From assembly GCA_964187785.1 (NCBI GenBank), contig OZ076411.1, forward strand, positions 34,968,001-35,032,000: 64,000 nt of DNA. Direction: 5' to 3'. The notes under the pieces are model-generated. The model was not told where the DNA came from. It was given only the letters and a program-made list of their open reading frames with translations, and searched no databases. A program made the position numbers and the translations under genes. The stretch is from Amphiscolops sp. MND2022 (Eukaryota). Shown piece after piece: positions 45,800-59,500 of this stretch; the stretch's first letter is position 1, and each line of letters begins with the position of its first letter.

Positions 45800-47500
45800 C
45801 AAAAAACGTTTTCTCATCACGCTATCAAAACGAAATGTCATTGAAATTCAACGTCGAAGAAATTATCCGTCCTCTAGTCAGTACAATGTATGAGTCTTCG
45901 GATGAAGTCATGGGGATCAATATACAATCAGCGACTGAAATCGACAAAAGTCACGACGAGGACAGTGATATAGCGGTAATAGTTTGCTACAGGGAGACAC
46001 CAGTGTACCCCCCTCAATTGGTAGCGAGCGGGACGGGCGATGACTCCGGACCTTAGTGCAAGCAAAGAGGAACAGGATCGGTCACTGTATGGACAGTCAG
46101 GACCAATTGACTCTTTCGATCCATCGGACAAATTAGTCGATTGATTCATCGGGAGTCCTCCCCTACGGGTTTACGCAGAAGATGATCCTAATCACCGAAT
46201 GGCTAATTGTAGCTGGATAAAACCTATTCCCTACTCACCCATGTCAACCCCTTTACCTGATCAGGGGCCTTCAAGCAGCGCGAATTATGTCCAGTGGCCA
46301 ACAGAGCAAGAGGACGAAGATGCAAGGATGACAAACCCACACATAACGGGATTGGCTATAAGCGCCAGTGGAATCTATGGACAGCCAAACTATAATCAAC
46401 ACGACGATTGCATCGTATGTGGAAAACCATTCGCTACGAATCAGAAAGAAGTTACTCTTGGGTATTTGAAGAAAACACACGTATCCGAAGAAAACTTCCC
46501 AAAGAATCCGAAAAAGAAATGCACTTCAAGCTGGTATGAGAGCCGTTAGTGTCGTTCTTGTCCCAGAGGAGTGTCGCTGGCTGCCGCCTGTGACGGAGTC
46601 TATAATCAAATACCAGCAGGAAAAAACGCACCTATCCCTCCACCGGGGGAATTTCCATTTTGAACTTTGAAGACTACCGGGACGAGCGGCTATACATAAT
46701 CTAACCCCTGACAAGAGAGGAGCTAATTTTACCACGAGAGACCGAAGGTCGATCCGGTTACAGTAAACTTTTGGGCTCAAACCTAATATTATGCAATTAT
46801 TAATTATCATCTAGCTAACTATTCTGTAATTTAACTGTTCTGTGTTTGTGTTACCTGGTTTTTGTCAATTGACTAGAAATTAGCAAAGTGATTATCTGAA
46901 TAATTTCAACAATGTAAATTATTGCGATTTGTTAGTTGAATTGACAAGCAATTGTACGCAGTATAGGAAACGAGTTCGAACACTTGTTTCCTGTAGCAAA
47001 CCCTACACGTAGTCCAGCGTTGCAGCAGCCAATCACAATGCAAAATTCTTTTGATTGTAGCCGCGCGGACGATGAGTCCGCCATGGTATTAAACATCAGT
47101 GCTAGCACTGACGTTATTGTGCTGTAGCTGTTCAGGTTTTAAGTCTGCTATGATGTTGTTTATGCAATAGGTTGTTCGTCATCATATTTATTCACCGTCT
47201 AATGATTATATTATTTGAATAAGCATGTGAATAGTAATTTGATGTATACTAGACCCAGAAGTGTGACCTAAAATCATTGCCCCACTACGCTTTGATGCTA
47301 TTAATAAACAGTCGCTAAGTGATGTAAACATGATGTCAATACTCAGAGTTATTCTTAGAATACCCCAAGTCTAATTTTGACATCATGAGAAGATAAATTA
47401 TGCGTGTCATGCAATGTGCAATACATATAGCAGGGACGCTCCGTCCTGGGGAGATAATAATCACCTGACTTCAAACTGACCAGCTCGCTATCTTGAAATT
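45800..47500 (+). mobile_element. Unclassified repeat (family X) with a CxxC-containing ORF remnant
   Basis: DCIVCGKPF...GMRAV..VLVPRGVSLAAACDG (46400-46620) matches DCMICGELF...GMRAVTYYLVPRGMFQAAACDGNVY (61745-61910) and the sequence at ~55640. Ends ...TTGAAATTCA. Confidence 0.55.
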
Positions 47501-47603
47501 CACACGAATCTATTCTGATTTGATTTGTACTACTACTCCAAACATTATACTTTGTTTCATCACTTCGTTCTACAATCCATTGTTAATCCAAGAGACTCTC
47601 TAA

Positions 47604-48130
47604 ATGCTTTCAACTAGAAAGCAAAGAGCCAAGGAGAGACGCTCTAGGCAATTTGACATGATGATCGATGTCGAAAATGTCGATATAATGTTAGGCAGGT
47701 GTTCAAGGGATAAAGAAAAGGATGATCAGTGTGAAAATGAACTAAATCTGGACTCAGGGTCCAGTAGGGCACAACAAAGTTCCAACTTGGTAGGAGAGGA
47801 TTTTAGATCACTACTCAATACCAATAGTAGCGAAAACAGCGAGGAGGTGACATAGAGACAACTAGATTGATTAGTGATATAATTGCCAATCAAGTCACAA
47901 GAAATTTCAATGATATCAGTTCTTGCTTAAGTTTGCAAATTCAGGATGCCATCCACACTACAATCACTGAGAATGTGCTGCCATCAATTCAAAACAGTTG
48001 TTACGCAGAGGAGAGCTAATTTAACTATGAAGGACCAGAGGGCCAACGGGCTACAGAAGAGCCCAGGAGCGCCTAATTTCACCACTGTGGACCAAGAGTC
48101 CAGTGAGCTACAAAAAACTTCGAAGCCGTA
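47604..48130 (+). pseudogene. Truncated 5' ORF stub MxxTRKxKxxxRxSR...DxENxDIMLG (gag-like), copy 1
   Basis: Homologous N-terminal peptide at 55026 and 62608. All three decay after roughly 150-200 codons. Confidence 0.6.
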
Positions 48131-48399
48131 AATCCTCAGAAATTATAGGAAAATCACCACAAAATAGGTTTTTTAAGTTTAAAATTGAAAGGAAGGATCC
48201 ACGACCTGCATTGAAAAAACACTGCATTTTGTTTGTGCCGATTGTAAAAATGCAAATTGAGATCTGATAGTTGAGCTTTTCCGTCACAATTGATAGCCAA
48301 TGTTCTCGTGTTTTTGTCGCATTTATTGTCTCGTAATTTGTTTGCTTTGTTCAAAAAAACTAGAAATGTAGCATTCTTGTTGATAATTAGTAACTTTCT

Positions 48400-49150
48400 G
48401 TCTTTGAATTTTTGCTCTATGAGAGTGGGGGTGAGTGCGACGTCGTAGACGTTTTTGATCGGCGCTTTTGTTCAGAAAAGAACCGACTATTGCAGTGCTT
48501 TTTTGAGACCATCGAACTGACAGATTTCTACGAGCATTTCTTTAGGTTGTAACTTCTAACTGCCACTCGGCCCAGAGGTTAACCCGATTCCAGTCTCGCA
48601 CTAAATAAAAACTTGTTATGCTTGCAAAGGTAGAGGGAAGACAAGATATCCACTTTCGTTTTTTTTTCGGTTTTAAGTTACATCTTCTGATGCTTTTACC
48701 AACTCCCTCTTGCTGGATTTTTAGCAGAAACAAAGCGGTCTGCGAGCATAAAGGGCCATTTTGTTTTTTTGGCTCAATACCGAAGAATTTGAAAAAAATC
48801 GTTTCGAGAAAATTTTTAAAAAAACTATTTTCACACTTTTTTTTGTTTTTTGAGGTTTACTGCAGGGAAAGCCCTTTTCCGAGTCGTAAGAATAACCGCT
48901 TGGATCATTTTTGGTCCTGTGGAGAAGACCTATATTTTTTCGGAATTGTGCGACTTTTCTTCGGAAAGTAAATTCGGTTAAAAAGTGCCCCTTTCATTTC
49001 CATAAACGTTTTCTGCATGAAAAGTTTTGTGAGCTTAAAGTTACACTTTCTGAAGAAAAAAAACTTATCGAAAAAAAATTCATTTTCAAAAATTTGTAGC
49101 ATATTTCTGAAAAACTGTTTTTTTGAACCTTGAGCGGGGCGCCGACGTGG
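48400..49150 (+). repeat. Non-coding repeat family Z, copy 1
   Basis: Shares AAAAG..CCGACTATT(A/G)CAGT and TTTTTCGG.ATTGTGCGACTTTT with 63150-64000 and the reverse complement of 50020-50520. Confidence 0.6.
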
Positions 49151-49471
49151 GCCGTTCCCGGCTTTTTTTAAAAGAAACATAACTGTGGTACGAAATTTTC
49201 CTTTCTTCTCATTAAATTTAATGAAAAAGTATTTATTAGTAATTGATTTCCCATTCCTTTGAATTATTCAGATAATTTTCCCAGTCTTCATAATTTTGAT
49301 GCGTTTTTCTTATATGAGTTCAGTTGGATGCCTAAATTAAAGTTGACGAACCGGCCGCTGATGTTCATTCGTTGTCTGACGACCGTCTAGGCCATAAATA
49401 AATTCGGTCTTTGAAAAAACGTGTTCTTAACGAACTTGCTTGTCAAAATCTGATTTTCACAGATAGAAAAA

Positions 49472-52400
49472 ATGGATTTCTTCAGTCTATGTTCGAATCC
49501 GGAAAAACTTGATTTTGGAAATGAATCAGTACCGGAGAACTCAGTGGGTCAAGAGATCGAAGACAGCGATGCCATTTTATCTCAAATTCTATTGGTTACC
49601 AATAAGTATGTGATACCAGCTGTAGGGATTATTGGAGTAGTTCTCAACATGTGCGGGGTTGCGACAGTAGTTCACATGGGGGTCACATCATCCTCATTGG
49701 TGTATTTGATCATCCTGGCAATCGGAGATGCTATTTCTGGATTTGTTGATTCCATACTCGTAGCTGGGTAAGAATCATTCATTTTTTTTCAAAAAAACAG
49801 ATTCATTAAAAATCTGAAGGGAGAGTTTTTTTCGATTTTTTCTTTATCTTTACATGTTGATAACATATCGCATGGTTGTAGATAAGTTTAAACAAGACGG
49901 GAACGTCTAAAGTCGGCGCTATATCTAAGGCTCAAGAAGCTCAGTTTTCTAAATATGCCCAGGATGTATTCATGAAAAGCTTTGAAAACACTTTCGAGAC
50001 ACCCAAAGTGTGCCTTTCATGCTCGATATGACTGGAAAATCACTTTTCTCGACTGGAAACAAAAAAAATTTTGAAAATTTTTTTGAAAATTTTTTTGAAA
50101 AAATTTTTTGAAAAAAACTTCGAAAACGTCGCATAGTGCCGAAAAATGAAAAGGGGGGACCCTTTGGGATTCATTAACATATTTTCTGTTGCAAAATATC
50201 AAAAAATCCGAAGGGGGGACTCTTTTGAAAAATTGAAAATTTTCGAAAAAAAAATTCGCACAGTGCCGAAAAAAAATTGAAAGGGGGGACCCTTTGGAGT
50301 CTTCCGGTTTTGTAGGTTACGTAAAAAAGGTAAAAAACGAAAGGGGGGACCCTTTGCAGTAAGTTTGCATTGGTGGAACTTGGCCTGAGTGAACTTATCA
50401 GTTTCTGTAAAAAGTGGTACATACGCGATGAGCTCTGTGGTCTGACGAAAAAAAAAGAAAAAAAAACTAGCCACTGTAATAGTCGGGCTTTTTTCCTTAA
50501 AGGAAAATGCGCCGACTAAAAACATGAATCAACCTGCATTGAAGACGAGAATGCTTGACCGTCTTCAAGTCACAAAGAGTTATTGAGAGCGGTCAAAAAA
50601 TAAGCGGGCAAATGACGATGTACATTTGAGATACAAACTTAATTTTAGGCTGCCCAGCTATGGTTTCAATATTCACGAAATGGGACGTTGGGGCTGCAAA
50701 ACCCTCAAGTGGCTCAATTACGCAACGACATTCAGCACCCAATTCATTCTTGTGTCCTTCACATTCGATTGCCTCCTAGCAGTCACCTTTCCTCTGAAGT
50801 ATCAGCTTTTAAAGGTAAAAGTTCTTTAATCTCTACAGTATTTGTTAAAGTGTGTCTGGTTACCAACTGCCAATGGTACAAAAACAAGGTTTCTATGGTA
50901 GATGATCTTGTACCGTAAAAACAATGTTTCTGAATGTTCAGATCCAATTACCTACAGCAAAACCGAACATCTAACAATATCGATAAACGTTCAGAATACG
51001 ACAAAAAGCCCAATGCGCAATTTTTAGTTGAGGAAACGATTGACTTAACAATTCAATCCGTCGTTAATTTTAACCAGATTTTTGAATCTGCAGTCAGGTT
51101 GTTGAGGGAAATTCAATAATTTTTTCAAAATTACACAAAATGATCACTTTGTTTGAAGGTTAATTTGAAATATCCCGTGATGGTGTCAATGCTTACATTT
51201 CCCCTCTTCTACCTGCTGACCGCTGGAAACTTGTACGTGTTCGACCTGGAAAACGGCGAGTGTGTACAGGGCAGCTACATATCGGAGTTCGGTGGAAAGG
51301 TGTACTTCCATTACACCGCATCTCTTCTTTATTGCGCAATACCGTCAGCTTTGATGTTCACTTTCAACATCATAATCATCGTTAAAATGAGGCAAGTTGA
51401 ACAACGGACTGTGCAAATGGGTCAATGAAGAGTAAAAAATTGATATCAATTAAAGTCAATTATTAGCAATATACCGTCATATTCCGGCATATAACCCCTC
51501 CTTTTTTGAATTTCTGGTGGTCAAAGGTTTGGGGAGGGGGCTTATACGATGAACATAAAACGAAGACCGTTTTTTTCAGAATTAAAATTTTGGCATGATC
51601 ACTATTCACCCATTTGATCACGAGTTGGATGACGTTGCAGTTGATTTTCTTTTCGACGAAGTTTCAGAGCCAGAGTAAATGACAGATGATGACTCCGATT
51701 TTAGTCCCTGAGAATTGAAAATTGAATTTACACCACGAAAATTCATTCAATTTACACTTATTAAACCTTTATTTTCTTTTATTTTTCTTGATTTATGGGG
51801 GTCTTATATGACGAACATACCGCAAATCAACAATTTCCCTTTCAAAATTGGTAAGGGGGGCTTATACGGAGGGGGGGGGGTTTATACACCGGAACATATG
51901 GTAATTAACATCAATAAAATGAAAGCACAAAAGTACAATTTCATATCTACTATACCTGTACTGAAAGAATTGGACACATTATTGTAAAAAAATGACTTGT
52001 ACTGAAAACAAACTACTAGCTCGAAACCTGAGTTATTTTGGAGCTAAAAAATGTTTAAACAAACATCATGATGATCCAATTTGTGAAGGCACTTCAGAAT
52101 CAGGTTTGCGAAACATTTTGTAGCTTGCTAATATCACCTTTGACGTCTTATATTTACTTCTAATTCCTTATCAAACACGAAGGTAACAAAGTTTTTAGTT
52201 CCCGAGGCTGTTGGAATTTGACCGTGACTAAATTTGACTAGACAAACTGAATAGAGGTTTTTGTGCTACCCCAGAATTTCCAAACAAATATGTTTGTAAT
52301 CTGCATGAAAAATCGATAAACAATTAATTTTGCAGTTTTTGAACATCGTTTTTCATTCAGAAGTGATTGGACACTTTTATTCGAGTCCAGTTCTTTTTCT

Positions 52401-52840
52401 ACAATCAGGGGTCCTATTTATTCATTACAGTACTGTAGTTCCGGCAGCTTTTACCAAACATAGTATTGTTTTCACTGGATCTCTTGCGTTCAAAACAAGT
52501 TTCACTTGAATTATTCAGAAAAAGGGCCGGAGAATCCGAGGAGAGAAAAGGCAGAGAACGGACAGTGACTCGAATTCTGTTGATAGTGTCATTTGCGTTC
52601 CTGTTTTTCACCACCCTCAACATAATCCCGCTGTACGTGGCGCTGTTCTATTTGGCCCCATTAATGAACAGCGAACCATGGGCTGAATGTTGGTTCAGAA
52701 TTCTGCTGCAAGTCAACGAGCTACCCGCTGTGGCCAACGTATCTTTCAATTTTCTTTTCTATATTTTGGGCAGCAAAATTTTCAGAGATGGTTTCAAGTC
52801 TATGATAAAAACTCACTACGTAGCTTTGAGTAGAAAATAG
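49472..52840 (+). CDS. Spliced class A (rhodopsin-like) GPCR, peptide-receptor type (FMRFamide/sex-peptide-receptor-like)
   Basis: Exons 49472-49767, 50649-50814, 51159-51420 and a last exon within ~52466-52840 (acceptor unresolved). TM1 VIPAVGIIGVVLN, TM2 VYLIILAIGD, TM3 C..LKWLNY..FTFDCLLAVTFPLK, TM5 LYCAIPSALMFTFNIIII, TM6 VTRILLIVSFAFLFF, TM7 ANVSFNFLFYIL, helix 8 SKIFRDGF. Confidence 0.9.
50020..50520 (-). repeat. Family Z repeat, inverted, in GPCR intron 1
   Basis: AAAGGGGGGACCCTTT units (~50150-50355) are the reverse complement of AAAGGGTCCCCCTTT units at 63300-63960. ACTGTAATAGTCGGGCTTTT at ~50473. Confidence 0.75.
51626..51788 (+). repeat. Dispersed repeat, copy 2, in GPCR intron 3
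   Basis: Aligns with 1-165. Confidence 0.85.
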
Positions 52841-55025
52841 AGTCCAATGGAAGAATCAAATGAATGCATGATACATCTATCCAATTAAAATCCACCTTTT
52901 ATATTCGGTCGATTTTCTTGTAAATTTCAGCCATCTATTCTTTACAAGGTGAAATTTGATTTTCAATCATTCAAGAGGTTTTTAACGGAAAGGAAAAAAA
53001 GAACTGCAAGTAACAAATATTAAACAACCTAAATTTGGATAGATCAAAATAAATTGAAGGTTAATCACCTTTCAGAAAGTTGAAAGTACCACAGATATAT
53101 GCAATATTTCCCACCGAGACTTGCATACGAAGTTTGAAAGCAAATTTTTTTGGGAAACTTTTTCGTCAAGAGTTCTTTTTTAAACAATTCAGAAATCTCC
53201 AAAAAAGTACGTGATATGATACGAACCGCGTGATACGAAGTTTTTGAGATTAAATTTAGCAGGAATTTTATTTCTTCTGAGGATAAAATCGCAATATGGT
53301 CAAATAAAAAACAGGCCCGACGGATTGTCGTGCTTGGCTTCGAGCAGAAACGTTCAATGGCGTGCAGAAGGTGCTACGATATGTGTATGTTCCAGGGCCC
53401 GAAGCCATTTGAACTTATCCAGTCTCAGATCAGGAATTTTTCTCGGAGTTACAACGATTTTAGTTGACTGTTTTTGTCAGAGAAAGCCATTACATTGACA
53501 AGTTCTTTTGTCCAGACCACAGACTCACTTAAAGGTACTTTTTTTCCATTTCCTTGAGAAACAAAAAATCTTGGATTTACCACAGGAATTTTTTATTTCC
53601 CTACACCAGTTTCTGCCAATAGCTACCGATGCTGGTTAACCTGTAAAGTACTTTCCACATGGCTTAGTGGTTAACTAAATTTTTCCTACATTGTGAATGT
53701 TTCAACTTTTTATGACTGCAAAGGTAGAGGCTAGACCAAAGAATCACTCTTTAAGTTGTTTCGCCACAATACGACTGACCGACAAAATGTTTTCCTCAGT
53801 TTTCGACTTTTTGAGGTCTTCTGTAAAGAAAAACCGTTTTCCGAGTTTTACAATTGAATTTTTTGGTAATTTTTGGCCCCGAGGGACTGATCAACATTTT
53901 ATCAACATTTGTGGAAAAGACCTACGTTTTTGTCACTAGGTGTCGCAGGCTGCAGCCTGTGACGGAATCAGGTATACGACTTCCGCAGATGATCAGGAAA
54001 TTGCACCAGGAACACTCCTCATTTATTAAACTGAAACTTTTCTTATTTGAAAATAAAACTGTTTGCCTTCTTAAGTTGATAATGCTACGTTTTAGAGTGT
54101 TAGTCTGTTAACAATTGTTTGGTGATTGATTTGGACGTGATTACAATGAAAGCAATATAAGAAGCTACAATGCAGTGTAAAAGAACCGCGTTCGAATACG
54201 CAAACGTCCCTCCTCGACGTCGTAACAACCAACCAATCAGAATGCAGCATATATATGGTATTACTTTGCAGTATTTTTCATTAAACCGGTTACAGCCATT
54301 TCACCAAACAACGCTGCTACTCAAGTAACATACGTCAAACGGCCGGTTTCTGCCGATAACTTTTATTTCAGATTGCTTTACTTAGTCAGTAATAATGTAC
54401 CTTTTCATGTAATTTGATACGCAATATTTGTTAGTAATGATCCGTTGTTTGTTGTTGTCACACATGTGAAGTACCCATCTTTTTGCCTACTCTGGTTAAG
54501 CTGTCAAAACCAGACTTGGTCTAAAGGCCCTTTCTGGCCATGATTTTGCAGAAGTTCAACATGTTAAATTGTTGCAGTTCAGTTAAAATATCATCAGCCT
54601 GCGTGTGCAGGAACGTGCTCACAAAAGATTGTTTACATTCCTGTGATTCTTAGAGTGTAATAACTGTTTAATGTGTTTTGCCGCCAATTGATATTTGATG
54701 CTTCATTCAAGAAGATGTTTGAGACGTCATGTGATATAAACCACGACGTTCCTTTGATGCTTTGATATAAGTCATATGACCCGATCATGTGTTGATTCAG
54801 GAATTTGCCATTGGAATCTATGATAATCGCATAAAATGTAAAACTTGGTAAAAAGCCATGCTTATTCAAATATGTAAAAAATGTGAGTGTCATGTTGACG
54901 GGAGTATATATACTATCTACTCCCCGAAGCTGTCTCAGCGATCAGAAAACTTGCTACTGTTCAAACCGTTTAAAATTCATGTTTTGCAATTAAAATTATT
55001 CACTATTCAAAATTGGGACTTTTTG

Positions 55026-55615
55026 ATGCCTACTACAAGAAAACAAAAGAAAGCTAGAAAATCTAGAGGAACAGATATGTTATCTGATTTTTAGAACCTT
55101 GACATAATGTTCGGGGAAATCACCTAGAAAAAGACGAAAGTGAGTTCAGTATATCTGGCAGTAGTCCGATAGTCCTAGTTATAATACTGTGATAAACACC
55201 AAGAGACTAAGTTTCACTCCAACTCCCGGGAAGGTGAGATTAGGGATTATTCCTAAAATGGACCAAACTTGAGAGAAACTGATTCTAGCAGTAAAATTAA
55301 TAGACTGTCAGGAGAATTAAACCAAATGATCACCCAAGAGATGAGCGATCTTATGAATAGCGTGAGCTCGCAAATACAAAGAGCTATAAACGAGGTAATG
55401 AGTGAAAAAGGTAATAAGTGAACAAATCTTGCCGCAAATCCAAGGTAACATGAGATGCGCGCAGGAGCTGGTACATGAAAAATGGTGAGAAGTTCCGGTT
55501 AGAAGACAGGGATGCAGATCTGAAGAAGCTTTGGACCGTAGATTTAGGAGCAGCTCAAGAGATGAGTTTCCTGGAGTTTATAATGAGAATGAAGACCTAG
55601 AGAACACTCATGACA
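55026..55615 (+). pseudogene. Gag-like ORF stub, copy 2
   Basis: MPTTRKQKKARKSRGTDMLSDF*NLDIMFG; later ITQEMSDLMNSVSSQIQRAINE, paralleling MNSQIENAISSAISE at ~62940. Confidence 0.6.
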
Positions 55616-55619
55616 CTAG

Positions 55620-56346
55620 GAGTTCGTAGCTTCGGCGTCCCAGGCGGCCGCCTGTGATGGCAACGTGTATGCAATCCCTCAAGGAGCAGTACTGACGAAC
55701 GCCACCCCTACCAATCTACACCTTCTCTGAATAAGGAGAAAGCTCCAACAAATTAGAAAACATTGAATTATTAATGTCATGTAATACAATCATAATGCCA
55801 TATGTTGTCTCAATGAGACTGTAAATGCATATAAAACTAGCTGGAACAATTCATACGTGATGTCATCTAGAATGTTCATAAGACATTAATGGACAAAGCT
55901 ACCATACCCACCTGTGCAGTTTGTATTAGTTTATATCGTTGTTCAAGTGGGCATGAAACCAATACTGGAAACAAGTCCATGAACATGAGGTGCTAAGTGT
56001 TCCTAAGCAGTAAATTGATAAGATGAGCGTCTTGTTGCTATTTATAGCTGACTCTGAAATAACTCTTTGAAGGCGTCTTCGACGTCCTTGGTTAGTCAAG
56101 CCCGCTTTACCTTGATAGGGCTATAAATAGAATTTGATCATGAAGATGTCACATGAATAGGCTATTTTTAGACAATGATGTGACCTAAAACTGAAAGTCA
56201 TGCAAAGTAAAGTATATATACAAGGTTCTCCGAGCAGGAGACAACAATCGCGAAACTTACAATCAGCGTAACAATAAAGTGAAACTTGTAACATTACACC
56301 CTTTCAACAATTGAACGCTTGTAATATCGGGATATGAAATTCAATT
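55620..56346 (+). repeat. Family X 3' portion
   Basis: Colinear with ~61870-62580 (GATGGCAACGTGTATGCAATCCCTCAAGGAGCAGTA ... AATTGAACGCTTGTAA ... GAAATTCAA). Confidence 0.85.
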
Positions 56347-56359
56347 CAACGAGTTACGT

Positions 56360-56598
56360 AAATTGAATTTCTCAATCCCGATATTACAAGCGTTCAATTG
56401 TTAAAAGGGTGTAATGTTACAAGTTTCACTTTATTGTTACGCTGATTGCAAATTCCATTTATAGCCCCATCAAAGTACGGCGAGGTTGACTAACCAATGA
56501 CGTCGAAGCTGCCTTCAAAGAGCTCTTTCAGAGTCTGTTATAAATAGCAACATAACTCTCATCTTATCAATTCAGTGCTTAGGAACACCTTAGCATCT
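56360..56598 (-). repeat. Inverted, internally deleted copy of the family X terminus (tail-to-tail with 55620-56346)
   Basis: 56360-56448 is the reverse complement of ~56260-56346. 56449-56598 is the reverse complement of ~55985-56135. Confidence 0.85.
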
Positions 56599-56599
56599 T

Positions 56600-59500
56600 A
56601 TGAGTACCTTTGGTCCCCGAACCTTGGGCTGTCGTGGGCTGGCTCGTGACTCAAGAAGTTTCTTGTAACTGGGCGAAAGCCTTTTATGAATCCTTGCTCG
56701 TCCAAAAAGGTCGACGCTACGCCAAGGATGATAAGATGCGTCAAGTCTCCTGTCTCCAAAATCAATACTCAGGGTATGGAAATCCTCAAGTGCACCGTCA
56801 GACGTACATACAGGATCCGAGTAAGGAAGGTTAGCAAGGAGAGTCTGTACGGGCAGAAAAACACCCGTATAACGGCAGTTGAGAACACCAGTCACCAGTC
56901 CTAACTGCTCCGAAACTAACAACTGGGAATGCAGGAGACTTATCGATTAAACATAAACAACTACGTTAAAACAAATGGTGTATATGTCTGCGTTCTTTAA
57001 GAGCTGGCAAATTAGACAAAAAAGTCAACATTGTCATGAAAGGCACTAGGGCTTGAGGTCAATGAGACATGAGGTGAATTCATCCTCGAAGTCTGAATGC
57101 ACAATAGAGATCAGCAAAACATCGGGTGGCAAAAACAAGGGGCTTCTCAAACGTGACGTAGGGATCAAAATTGGCCATATCCCGAACATTTTTGGTGGTC
57201 ATTGTTACATGTTTTCTGACTCCCCCGATTAGAAAAAGATAGTAATGTCGAATTCCAAATTGCAGAATTCTGTCTTGAATTCGGCAACTAGACTGTCAAC
57301 TCTAACCCGATCCAGCTTTTAAACGCTGAGCTCAGCAGCCACTCTCCTCTTCAAGGCCTGTTCCATTTTCTGGCATAAGTTGAGGCGGTGTAGGAAATCG
57401 TCGGGCAAGATTGCTTCCTGAACTTCGAGGTGTAGAGACAATAATCCGATCCAATCGTCATCAGCAGGGACACATCGGTCGATTAGGCAGCAGACGCACA
57501 ATTTGTGGACAAAGCGGGAGAGCTGCCTGAACACATAAAACCCAGCATCGGGTTTGTTGTTCAGAGATCGGTCGAAGCAGGAATCAACTGAAACCATGTA
57601 CAAAAGGCACCATGATCGAACCAAGATGGAAACTGTCTGATAAAATACTCACAATCATGGACAATCCGGGAGAAAACCTCAAGACGCACTGTGAAGAGAT
57701 CATCCATTCAGATATCCAATCCAGAGATTGAGGCTAAAATACAAGATGAAGGAATAAAGCAATGAACAAGTGGATGGTAAAGAGTTATGGGAAAGGTATC
57801 CAAATTAACCATTAACCTTGTTCCTAATTCCTTCCTTGCATCGCTTGCTTCCGACTGTGTTTGCGGAGAAAAGTGGAAACTTCTGTCCAATGGGTCAAGA
57901 GTTCATGGCACAAGTGTGGCAAGGAAGGTATGTCGAACTTGCAAGCGATGATGGCCTAGAAAAGATAAAGGTCTGAATAGAACAGATTTTCTATGATAAA
58001 AGATTGATCATAACATAAGACTGGATGATATAAACTGTAAGCTACTTAGATAGTTCAAGGCAATCTAGAGTCAGCCAGACTGTGGTAGGCCAGACTGTCA
58101 ACAAGGGACACGACTAGGCTCTGCAAAACGGAGTCCGTTGGGAGACGCTATGACTGTCCCGGTGCATGATAGCCTGAAGATCCACGCTCTCAAAGCGGAA
58201 AGGGGATTGCAAGGTCCGTTTAAGTATCCCTGATAACTGTTTCCACGAAATCGGCAGGACAACCTAAACAGGCTACAAACTGTGGCTTTGTGGACACCAC
58301 AGACAGAATGCGGGACAAGGCACCCATTTCTGCTGCCAATGGGGGACTTCGCACTCCGTAACGGCAAAGGAAGACTTTTATGAGATTGTCGTCTTTCCAG
58401 AAACGCACATATATAGAATTGCATTGCCCAGATTCCCCAATCTCTAAAGCAAAGTGGCCGGTGATTAGTAGGTGTCGTCCCAAGTCTTTCATAAGACATA
58501 CAAAGAAGTGATGGAAAAAGACCTGGAAAAACAGAACACAAATTACAACAATACGAAATCATAGCAGCAAATAGACCTAACAACACGACTTAAGAGTCAT
58601 GTAGCGGGAAAGCATTTATTACAAAGAAAGCGACGGTAGGTGATAACAGTAGAAACGTAGATACTTACAGTGATTCTCTCATAGCTCCAGTCGAAATCGC
58701 AGAAAAGACTCTGGTGATTGGTGAAGGTACCAACATTTGTCCAAAGACTGCGTAACTGAGGAAAGTCTCCTCCTATTTCAAGGTAATCACCAACAAGGCA
58801 CAACTGGGTCCCTGGCGTTACACTATTCCTTGAAGCTTTGAAATCTTCGTAGAAGGGAAGATTGTCTCCTATCCCTACTAACTCTTCGTTGATAAATTTT
58901 AGTAACTCCAATTCTAGCTCAAGGTGTCCGAGTAGATTGCCGTTCTTGTCTCTGACGAAATGGCTGACGTTCCCATTAAAAAGGTCAGTCTTGCTAAGAT
59001 GTGTGTAACGCCATTTCTGATCTCTTCTGCAGTATTCACGGGAGGAAAAATGGCGTGAACCAATCTCGTCACAAGCGACTCTAATTAAATTATACATCTG
59101 GTCCTCCCTGAAGGCTACAGTGGTGTGATCTTTAGGCAAGTTGACGGGATGACTTTGGTCAAAATACTTTTTCAAAAGAGAACGACTTGGCCCACTAAGC
59201 CGCGTCAAAAGTGGAAACGGATCCAAAGAGTGTAAAAGGGGATTACCTCTCAAGTTTTCGACATCGGTCTGGCTGCCATCAGCTGTATCCGTATCCAGGT
59301 CCTCCACTCGACCCGCTAAGTGATGGGGACAATGTAATACAGTAAAACACGGCTCCCCTGGGCTGCCTCTGCATGCATTAGTTGCTCAGCAAAAAGTGGT
59401 TTAGGATTAGGGAGCCTGGTACAATCCCCCAAACTGAGGACATCACAGTCACTGTCGCGAAATAGGTCGTGGACGCGAGAAGTAACAGTAGCAGATGGAT

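Noticed and set aside
53640-53680. TGGCTTAGTGG A-box-like sequence
   Set aside because: No matching B box or cloverleaf at the right distance.
52900-55000. Short ORFs downstream of the GPCR
   Set aside because: No motifs or splice-consistent chain; treated as intergenic DNA with unresolved repeat fragments.
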